A stretch of DNA of 64,000 nt from NCBI GenBank assembly GCA_964035545.1, contig OZ037768.1:5364741-5428740 (forward strand). The letters run 5' to 3'. The notes below the pieces were generated by a model that worked only from the letters and a program-made list of their open reading frames with translations, was not told the origin of the DNA and ran no database searches. Below, in pieces: positions 49,201-61,200 of this stretch. The translations under genes and the position numbers were made by a program. Numbering within the stretch: the stretch's first letter is position 1; each line of letters starts with the position of its first letter. This stretch comes from Bugula neritina. Its lineage: Eukaryota; Animalia; Bryozoa.

Positions 49201-52200
49201 ATGTCAATATTATAATGATGCTAAGGCTAACCTGAAGTGGACAAGAAGGGCAGCCACATTGAGACCTACTGGGCCTACTTATGATCACACACTGCACACT
49301 CTTAAAGGTAGTATCAATATTAGGAATTATCTGCTCGGTGAATTAAATTCTTTTTGTTTTCGCTAATATTTTCTGAACTGTTACTTTGAAGAAATTTTTT
49401 TCGCAAAACTTTAAACACCTGAAATAAAAATCAGCAGCACAATTTTTTTTAACAACAAAACATTTGTGTTGCTGATTTTAGTTTATGACATTCAAACAAA
49501 TTTTGTTCACTCAATGAATTTTGTATTGAAGGGCACTACATGGAGCTGGTAGCCAACACACCAACTCCTAACGGTTTGGGACGTCTACTCTCACCCGTCA
49601 TCACTAACAAGCAAGCTAAGTGTTTGTCTTTCTACTACTTCAACTCCATTACTAATGCCAGCTCACTGCATGTGTATGCCGGTGTCAACAACACAAAGAC
49701 TGGTAACCTAGAACTGACTAGGCGCTTGTACTCGGCAGAAGTTGACCCCACCCTTAATCAATGGAAGCTAGCCCGAGTACCATTACCCACCAATCTCCCA
49801 AGTTATCAGGCAAGTTTAATTATATGCTGAAGCTTCGTGATGCGTATTTGTGATTATGTAATATCTTCTATTCCACAGCATGTAATTATGTAAACTTTTA
49901 CAACTGATGAAAAAGCGTTAATGTTTTATACAATGATTTCAGATACTTTTTGAGGCGAAGACGTATCCACTGATTGATGTTGCTATTGACGACATAAAAC
50001 TATCAGCAGTTTCCTGCTCTCAACCTGGTATGACGCAAGTTCACGCTTGCTAGTTATGTTTTTCTGTTTCTCTCAATTTCTCATTGTTGTGATACTTCCC
50101 GTTTTTTGAATGACCTTCACCTTGTAGCCATGTCAACACTTTCTATTGTTATCATTATATTATGTAAATTCTTCAATACTCGTCCACTCTGAGATGTCAA
50201 ACAGATGGTAATGTGAGAGCCGAGATGTGTGGAAGGCCTATCAGTGTCATTGTCTACAGTTACAGCTGTTACGATGCCTTCTTAATTTTATTGACCTAAG
50301 AAGGGGTTGTGTCAGCTGAAACTGTTCATGATTATTATGACTCATCATAACTCACCTGCCCGGTTATTAAAGCATGATGACTGACATGATTATCAACACA
50401 TTTGATAAAAATATTTTATGAACTGCCGTTATACTATTAAATATTTATTCAAACATGCACGGTATGCTTCTTGTGTACAAACCCGGTGTTTTACTGTAAG
50501 TTACTAAAGAAGAGTTTAATGTTAACATAGGTGACTGTGACTTTGAGAAAGGAACATGTTCTTGGAGTAACAGGGCTCAGGGTGATGTGTTTGACTGGCA
50601 GAGTGGTAAGACAACTCAAAGTATCAACACAGGACCATATGAAGATCATACAACTGGAACTGGTAAACTTTCTCTATCTCATAGCTAGTTTATGTTACAT
50701 CTATTGTTTGCTCTTTCTGGTCATTTAGTTTTAATGTAAATATCATGTTTTATACTAAATTACGTATTGTATTGTTATGTTTTATACTAGATTATGTATT
50801 GTATTGCATAGCATTGTATTGTATATCACTGTATTGTGTTACATTATATTGCATTGTATTGCATTGTATTGTATCATATTGTATTGTACTGCATTGTACT
50901 GCATTATATTACATCGTATTGTATTACATTGTGTTGTATTGTATGGTATTACATCGTATTGTATTACATTGTGTTGTATTGTATGGTATTACATCGTATT
51001 GTATTACATTGTATTGCATTGTATTGTATTGCACTGCATTGCACTCTACTGTATTGCATTGCACTGTACTGTATTGCATTGCACTGTACTATATTGCATT
51101 GCACTGTGCTGTACTGTATTGCACGTTACTGTATTGCATTGCACTGTATTATATTGCATTGCACTGTGCTTTATTGTATTGCACATAATTGCATTGCACT
51201 GTAGTGTATTGCATTGCACTGTGCTGTATTGTATTGCATTGTATTCTATTGCATTGCATTGTAGGAACGTTCATGTTCATTGAAGCCAGTGCTCCGAGAA
51301 TCCCCGGAGACACTGCAGACTTTGTGTCTGAGGTGTTTGAGAGAACCACCGGTACAGGGAGATGTCTCAGGTTCTGGTACCACATGTCTGGAGCCGGCAT
51401 GGGAACTCTGAATATCTATCTTGAGAGGGTTAGCTTGTTCTTAGTACATTCTTAGTACATTAATACATTCTAGTTACTTAGTGAAGTTCTACATGGTGTG
51501 TATGATCAAATTTTGAAGACACAATCAGTTAGCAAATCATGCTCACACTCATGAGTTGCCCACACATGATACAAGGGAAAGTTATCTTCGTTTTTAGGTG
51601 AAATGAATTTCCAAGAGAATTTGTTTTCTTACTCCCACCATTTAACTTTATATTTCGTGTGTGTTTAGCTGAGAACTCCGTCGTCTGTGACAAAGAGAAC
51701 TCTCATTTGGAGTCTAGGACAACGGGATTTTGGAAATAAGTGGCGGGATGGTCATGTGACCTTGCTGTCTGACAGATACAGGTATCAGGTCGTGTTCGAA
51801 GGTGTCAGAGGTCAAACCTACTTTAGTGACATCGGCATAGATGACGTGTCGTTTACTCAGGGCTCATGTGGCAGAGGTATTTTTTCAATAATTTGGTTAT
51901 TTATTTCTCAGATATATTTTTACTGATTAAAGCAATAACAATATTAGCTTATATTGTTTGTTGTATTGAAATTTTATACATTACTTTGGCAGTAAATATG
52001 TTATATTAGTGATAACCTAAAACACAATTCTAGTGTTCCAAAAAGCTGAATTTGAGATATTTTTCTTAGTATGATGGCTTAGTTTGTGTTGTAATTTAAA
52101 AAGAGTTAACTTTTCTGATGGCTTAAATTATACTGACTGATTAAACACATTATCAACAGCTCTAATAATGTTCTTCGTTTTATCAATCAATAGAAAAAGA

Positions 52201-55200
52201 GTTTCTAGCATTTGAATAAATTTTTCTCAAGCCGAGAACTTTGGCCTTTGTAGCTTGTGTTTAAGCTTACATGCATATGTTTCTTTACTCAGCTTATCCA
52301 CCTGAGGCTATACCTCTGTCGTACTCTACTACCCCTACGACAACAGCTCCCTCTACCACGTCTGCTAACCCGGCCCTTTCCGTTATCTTCTGTAACTTTG
52401 ACCAAAGTCTCTGTTCATTCACCCAGTCAAGGACAGACGATTTCAACTGGTCATGGAATACTGCTGGTACAAGTTCATCTGGCACAGGTATGTAATTATA
52501 TAGCCTCAGTGCCTCCAATAACATAAGTCTCTCCAGTAGCATTAGTCCTCCATATTATGTAGCCTCAGCATCTTTAATAGCATTAGTCCTTCATATTATG
52601 TAGCCTCAGTCCCTCCAGTAGCATTAGTCCTCCATATTATGTAGCCTCAGTATCTCTAGTAGCATTAGTCCTCCATATTATGTAGCCTCAGTATCTCTAG
52701 TAGCATTAGTCCTTCATATTATGTAGCCTCAGTCCCTCCAGTAGCTCTAGTAACTCTGTTCTTCCAGGAGTACAGTTGCATATTGTCTTAATACTACACT
52801 TACATTACATGCTAGTTGTATATTATATTCTATGTGTGTATATAACTATGAGCTAGAAGGCTGGTAATCTCTAAACTCTATTATATGCTGCAAGTAACAT
52901 GTCTATGTAGGCCCATCTACGGATCATACTACTGGCAAAGGAAAGTATATCTTTATTGAGAGCAGTGATCCCAGGAAACCGAATGACATGGCTGTTATTA
53001 CTTCTCCGTCTGTGACAGGGGGAGATTATTGCCTCAAATTCTGGTACCTATTTCTTGTTATTTTATATTTGTCTCTGTATGTCATATGTTGTTGGCATAA
53101 AATCTAAGTAATTCTAGTCTGCAATAAGATAGTTAATATTTAATGTACGCAGCTTACGTCATAATGAAAGAGTGTTTAGATTTTTTTCTAAGATAATAAT
53201 ATATAAAGTATTTCAGTTATGGTTTTGTGCCTCAAAGTGCTTATTTGTTATCTACCCATCTGTCTACTCTTTAACTTCAATTTTTTCATTTGCTGTTTAT
53301 CTACCTGTTTGCTAATCGTAAATTGTCTTCTCCTGTGTCGGTAAATCTGGTTGTGTTGTTATTTAGGTACCACATGTACGGCCCACATGTCAACACACTT
53401 CGAGTTGCCACCAGACCATCATCTGCTGGATCTCTCTCTTCAATTATCTTTGAGAAATCAGGTTCATGACTCATAATTTTAGCTGTGGCATTGTGATTAC
53501 TTATAGTCGTGAAGTTCTAGCAGTAGCCGGACATCTTGTCAACACTTATATATGATTCAACAAATTAACATAAATATTCGTGGTTTGGTTGTATGTATAA
53601 CTTTATAAAGAGTTAATAATGTATTGATTAAACATTCAGGTACGCTGGCTAACCAATGGTATGAAGCTTCTGTGAATGTAAAAGAGTCGTCACAGTTTAA
53701 GTTGGAGTTTACTGGTGTGAGAGGTGTGAGCTATATGGGAGACATAGCCCTCGATGACATCTCTATGTCTAGTGGACTTTGCTCAGCATCACTGTGTAAG
53801 TGATTCACTCATCTGCTGGTGTTTTGAGCTGAAATTTGTTAATTCAGTTGTTATTTAATATTTTTGTGTACATCAGCATTATACAAACAATTAGAAATTG
53901 AAACAACAAATATTGATAACCTCAAGATAAGCCATCTGCTGAGAATATTTCTATTGTGTCTGTACACAGTATTAAAGTTTTATATTTTTCAGCACATTTT
54001 TGTAGCTATTTTTCAGCTAAGGATTTTGGTATTTTTCTTTAAACTTTTTTTACATTTTATTTAGCTCCGACTACTTTGTGTACATTTGAGTCGCCAGTGT
54101 TGTGCAACTACAAGCAAGACGCTACGGATGATTTTGATTGGTCACAGCGTAGTGGAAGTACTAGCTCATCTGGGACAGGGCCGACTGACGATCACACTTA
54201 CGGTAGTCCTGTAGGTAAGACATCCTCCTACAACTATCCTCCTGTGCTGAAATGGTGAAATAAACTTTTTGAAAATCAACTTGCACGTGCTCAGTAGGTA
54301 TTTTCTAAGAGAACAGTAACATGGTGAGAGAGAAATTAATTAATATTTTTATCATAAAATTTTTGCATACTTCAACATGAACCAATTGACATTTTTTAGA
54401 AAAATTTTGAATAAGTTATAACGTGCTAAATGAACTTAATAAATCGAAATTGTAGGCGCATACATATATATTGAGGCGAGTGGAAAATCTGAAGGAAATG
54501 TTGCTAGACTGATTTCTCCATCTATGAGTCGCACCAGTGGATCTTGTGTGGAGTTCTGGTATCATATGTATGGAAAGGGTACTGGAAACCTTACAGTAAG
54601 TAGGGGTATGAGTAGGGTACTGGAAACTTTACAGTGAGTAGGGGTATGAGTAGGGTACTGGAAACCTTACAGTAAGTAGGGGTATGAGTAGGGTACTGGA
54701 AACCTTACAGTGAGTAGATGAATATCATGCATAAAACTACTGATTCCCCTGTAAACTGTTGCTGTATGTTGCTATTGGTCCCGTCTGTTTCTCTCTAGAT
54801 ATATACAAAGGAAGGGGATAAACTTAGTTTTCCAAGATGGCAAATTTCTGGCGATACCCAAAAGAATTTCTGGCAGCTTGCAAAAGCTAATATACCAAGA
54901 ACTGCTAGTACTTGGGAAGTTGTGATTGAAGGTACAGCCTATTTTAACAATTTAAATTAAGTAAATTTTTCCCATCAAATTGCAATCTTTTAAAGTGTAT
55001 AATTTCATGTTTTGGCTTATTTAAAAGCATTTTCATAATTTGAATTATTTTATAAGCTTTTGTAAAAAAAACATTTGTATATTTATTTTTTATTGAAATT
55101 TTTTCATACAATCGTAGGTTTGAAAAATATAATAGCTGCTCAACATGTTCTAAATAGAGAAAATAACTTTTTATTTTAGGTACTGCTGGTTCATCATATA

Positions 55201-58200
55201 CTGGAGACATTGCGGTTGATGATGTCATAGTTAAAGATGGAGGTTGTGGAAATCCAACTGACTGTAACTTTGAGCAGGGACTTTGTCTGTGGAGAAATGA
55301 AAACTCCAACGATGATTTTGATTGGCTATTGGGAAAAAGCTCTACTCAGTCTAGATACACTGGGCCTACTTCAGATCATACGATTGGAACGGATAGTGGT
55401 TAGCCTAAATTATATAGGAAATATAAAGTTTTCTACCTTTCTGTTATGGAGTTTTATATAGATTTTGTGCATCAGAAGCTAAACCTAAAGTATGCTTACA
55501 TAGTGTATTTTTGGCTTGGAATCAATTATTTAAACATATAGTTTTTTATCGAACATTTTTTAAATTAAAATAATATTTTAGACTATGAAATTAACTTGTT
55601 GGTAGAGTTTATTTTGCGTCATCATGCCTTCCTACTTGCAATTTATTTCTTGCAAAAGTACATCACTACTACAGCATATATACTGTAGCTGCCTCTAACG
55701 ATAATTTGTAGGAAGCTACTTGTTTATGGAAGCCTCAGCTCCAAGACGTCCTGGTGACGTCACTCAGCTAATTAACTCAGCGGTTAATTTGCCATCTGGC
55801 GGGTGCTTTGTTTTTTGGTACCACATGTTTGGAGCTAACATAGGCACTCTCTCAGTCTATGACAACACCAAGGTCAATGCACCGCAGCTACTCTGGGCTC
55901 AGTCCGGGGATAAACAGGACAACTGGCTGAATGGCAGAGTGAGTAGATTTCATCGCCTTGACTTGTGTAGTCCTAAATACACAAAAACTTCTCTTAATTT
56001 TGTTATTTGAGCAAAAACGTAAAAATATCTAAGATATAGTTTTTAGCTTGTTAACATTTTCTTATCATAAAACACATTTGTATAAATAAAAATAAATTTC
56101 ACTTCAAGAATTTTGAAGTTTTAAAGAAATAAAATACTTCATGCGTTTTTTAGGTTCCATTAAATAAAAATGTTAAATCTGTAATGATACAAGCTACTCG
56201 AGGCCTGAACCATCTTGGGGACATTGCTATAGACGACATTCTTGTTGTTACATCACCCTGCACTTGTAAGTTATGGAATATCTCCTACAATAATTTATTT
56301 TTGTTAGCTATAATAATTTTAAATTAAAATCAAACATCAATGCTATGGGCAATTTTTCATTATTCTCATATTTATACGTATTTCCATGAGAAATGAGAAC
56401 ATTTTGTGTTATAATAAAATAAGATCTTAGAATGTTTAATCCAAGGATTCATGTGTCTAATGCCACCACGTTAATGTATTTTTATCATTTGTGAGAAAGA
56501 AAGTAAAATGTGCCCAGTAACAATTTATTATGATATTAACAGTTGGTTTTGATGTTGTGTTTTAGTGTTCCCAAGCAGTATCGATGTACTCACTACTGCT
56601 CCTACAACCCCTGCTACCACTAAAAAGCCGTTTGGTTAGTAGCTGTTATTTTGGAAGATTCTAGAATTTTATTACTACTGCCTCAAAATTATTGTACAGT
56701 AGTATGCAAATGATCTGTGCGATAATTTTTTGGATTTGTTTTCCCATACTTGTTACACATGAAATGACTAATCAACATGTTGCCATGTATCAGTTCATGT
56801 ACTTATTCACCTTAGTGTCCTAATAGAACTGTATGTTTCAAGTTTGTCTATAAACTATTCATTCAGTTTCCCAATCCACCTGGGATTGTGCATTTGAAAA
56901 GGACATCTGTGGCTGGAAACAAGACAAACAGACAGACAATTTTGATTGGAGCAGAGCCCAAGGGCCTACTGCCAGCTCTCGAACTGGTCCAATCACAGAC
57001 CACACACTAAGTACAGGTTAGCTTATATAATATTCTATATATACAATATTTTGTATTATATTCTGTATAATATATAATATAATATCCGATATAATATATT
57101 GTATATTACTATATTAATAGTTTTTATTTAATATATTCTCTAACTCTATATGATGTATTATGTAATATTCTATAAATATTTTATATTATAATATATCCTA
57201 TGATTATATATGTTCCATTATTTGTTATTTCTTTTTATTATATAGTTTTTCATATAATATATTATATAACTCCATTTAGAATTTTATGTTATTGTATTCT
57301 ATAATGCATGCTATAAGATACAATCCTGTTACATTAATTTAGCTGTGGGTTAACCTTTTTCTAGTTTAATTGGTGCAACTTTTACATAAGTTTAAAAATT
57401 CACCAGAATCATGTTATCAATTTTTCTTATGGCACTATTTGATAATCATATTTTCATCCTCCCAGCCAATGGATGGTACATTTATATGGAATCCTCAAAC
57501 CCCAACACTAATGGAGACAACACGAAGCTGGTGTCACCAACCATTTCTGGAAATAACATCCCAAGATGCTTGAGTTTCTGGTATCACATGTACGGGCCAG
57601 ACGTGGGAGCCTTGAGTCTTTATATCTTGGTAAATACTTCGTCAAATATTATTTAAAATTTTTTTAGTAAATTCTTTTCAATAAATGATAAAATTTTCTT
57701 GTAAATCACAGCTTACTTTTTAAGTGCTTTCACTGTCACAATGTTGTTTGTAGGACAAGGGAGTTGTTAAAGATACAGCTTTTCAGATGAATGGCACTCA
57801 AGGGAACAGCTGGAAGCAAGCCAACATCTCTCTACCCAGCAGCTATAATGATATCTCAGTTGTGTTTGAAGGAATAGTGGACGCTGGTTATATGGGTGAC
57901 ATCGCACTAGATGATATATCTCTAACAGCTGGTGCATGCTTTGAAGACTCAAGTAAGACTGCATAATGCTTAATATGCAACATAATATATATGCTACAAA
58001 AATACAATTATAAAATATATAGCATCGTAATATAATATATAATAATCTCATGTAATAATATATAATATAATAATCTGATATTATATATTATAATACAATA
58101 AATTATTGTAATAAATAACATAATAATATGATATAATATGATAATATATAATGTGATTATCTAATATATAAAATAACACATGTTATTGACTTTACTGGTG

Positions 58201-61200
58201 AAGCTTATATAGAGATGTACACTTGTGTTTCTTATATTTAGGGTTTATATACCAAAAGGCCATTTCTAACTTCTATCTAGTTTATCTATGCAGAGCTGTT
58301 TTATAATCTAATTCACATTTATCTTTGAAATATGAAATGTTTGGTGAATAATGCATGTTTTAATTATTCAGCCATTGGAGTTTGTGACTTCGAGATTGGT
58401 ATGTGTGGGTACACACAAGATAGCAAGGATGTGTTTGATTGGACCCTTCGATCAGGGTCAACCAGTAGCCAGTTTACTGGTCCTTCAGCTGATCACACAG
58501 TAGGCACTTCTAGAGGTAAGAAAACTCCCTAATATCATTTAAATATAATATGGTGTTTCTAAGAATGTTCCCAGCATTACATTTATACATGTGCTTTTAT
58601 GTGTAGGTAAATACTTGTACATTGAAGCAAGTAGCCCTCGAAAAGCTGGTGATACGGCATTACTGGTCAGTCCCGTCATGCAACCATCTCAATCTAGTAA
58701 ATGCTTTACCTTCTGGTACCACATGTATGGTAGCCATATTGGTAAGTTGACGGTGAGCATTCGACGTCCAGGCCAGCCTGCCTATACACTGTGGGTTAAG
58801 ACAGATGAGGAAGGCAATAGATGGGAACAAGGAGAAGCCTCCATTCCACCTCAGACAGTATCCTATCAGGTTAGGCTGCTGCAACTGCTAAGTCTTTGAC
58901 TAACCCTAAATTTAATAAGTTTTTAAAAAATGTAGTACTTTATAACAATATAGGCCATTTTTCTCATATTTTATACAGCTGGCATGGTCTAAATTTATGT
59001 TTATCACTACTTTTTCAAAAAAAATGCAGCCTCATTCCTAAAGTTCATTATTATTTCTAGCCTTTATGTAGCTTTAGATTCAACACTATTTAAATTTCAT
59101 CTGCAGTACATACTGCATTGGGTAAAACTTGACAAGAATTTGTTAATGGTTCGTGCCAATAATATTTAAAAAGATGTTTTTTTACTCAGAAGTATAGAAA
59201 CAGTGTTTCCAAGTGTGACACAATGTCGGTGTATATCTGTAGATTGTGATATCAGGAGAAACAGGATCTGGACATGCCGGAGACATTGCTATCGACGATT
59301 TGAATATTGGCGCCGGAACTTGCGCTCAACCAGGTACGTTAGAGCTCATTGTTGGCTCCTGTTCTGCCGATATTTCATTTCAAGTGTTATTATTCATCAA
59401 TGCTTGTCCTTCTCGTATTGTTTACATATTAGTAGCCTTTTATCTACTAGCTGTTGTAATGTCTTCTGCTTTATTTAGGTGACTGTGACTTTGATAAAAA
59501 CATGTGCACATGGTACAACGTTCGGGCTGGTGATGATTTTGATTGGATTAGAGGAAAAGATAAAACTGCTTCACAATTTACTGGACCCAGTTTTGACCAC
59601 ACATCTGGCAAAGGTTAGCTGAATTCATCATTTTTTGGGTGCAATTTATTTTCCATTGGCACATGCTTTAGTTATGTTGTTGGTGAGTAAGACGCTGGAG
59701 CTCACTGTCAAATAATTTTTTCATTGTTCACAGGAAGTTACATGTTTATTGAGGGATCTGGGACGCAGCAAGTTGGCGATGTGGCGCGACTTTACTCGCA
59801 AACATTCCTTCCTGTTACTGGATTACAACCCAAATGTCTTAGTTTCTGGTATCACATGTATGGCGGCGATATTGGAGTCCTAAGAGTATATGTAATGGAT
59901 GCTCAATCTAGTACGTAGTTTACTTTTACAGATACTCATAAACTCTTTATATCCATGGCACAATATAGCTGTCTTGTCAATTTTTTATAAACCAACTGTT
60001 AAATATTTTCAAAAATTACTTACAAGTTACATCATATTTGGCATCAATTTTTTTTTCAGAAAATCTGACAATGTACTGGGAACTGACTGGTGATCGAGGT
60101 GATAAATGGCTGAGTGGAATTTTGCCAACATGGAGTCTAACTCCTTATAAGGTGATGTTTATTTATTATTGTAGCATTCTTGTTGAATTGATTTGGTGAT
60201 ACTTTCTTAAGTATGTCGTCTCTTCTACATGTGTAGATTTCCTGTCGCCTGTTTTTGTTATAATTTATAGTATTCAATATTTTATTGCATTGTATTTATC
60301 ACATTGGTAGATCTTAATAACCTAATACTGCATTTTGCTATTCTGCAACATTTTCTTATTGCTACTATGAATACAATGTAGTACATTGTATTTCATAATA
60401 CATCACTCTTGATAACATTATAATATATCATTATATTATTTTACAGATTGTGTTTGAAGCTGTCAAGGGTAAGAACTACAAGAGTGACATAGCCATCGAT
60501 GACATCACCTTCAGTGACATCAACTGTGATATCAAACCATTTGATGCCAGAACTTTAAATGCACCAAACTCGCCTCTCGCATCCGTCTCACCGACATCTT
60601 CTTCCCCCACTACACCACCAGGTACACGTCTTAACATGGTAGAATGTTGACTGTGTGTTGCAGGCAGTAAAGACATGCATTATATATTATAACAGTTAGT
60701 TAAAAGACTAGATGAAGCCTTGCAAATTGTTAAGTCATTATAGCTGTATTGAATATTTGTAGCTTGAGAGTTTATATAAAAGTAAAGCAATCTAACTTCA
60801 AATATGAAATGAGAACCTAAGCTAAGCAAGAATTCTCATATCACCACCAATTCATTGTTAAATAGTTTTACTTTCTCATTGCATGCAATCATCATTGTTT
60901 TATATCATTTAGGGCAACATGCATGCCATATGTATAGTTATTTGTTCAATGTAATGTTATTGTTTTTATATATCATAAGAATACAGAATTAGTTAAAACA
61001 ATCTGGAGACAAATTATTTTCATTATAACTATAAGATTGTACATCAGCTATAGCTGTGTTTCTATTCAATACAGACAATATGTTATATAAGTATTATCAT
61101 ATACACTGATGCATTCTATTTATAAATGATATGTTCATACGTGTTTGCAGCTCCTACAGTGGCGGATTGTAACTTTGAAAATGGTTTCTGTTCATGGAAA

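Noticed and set aside
50290-50330. Degenerate Penelope-type hammerhead ribozyme (cctaagaagg...ctgaaac)
   Set aside because: The CUGANGA core is not intact and flanking stems could not be built.
50745-51283. Cys-rich ORFs of 122-168 aa in three frames
   Set aside because: Translations of a pentanucleotide repeat that lacks stop codons.
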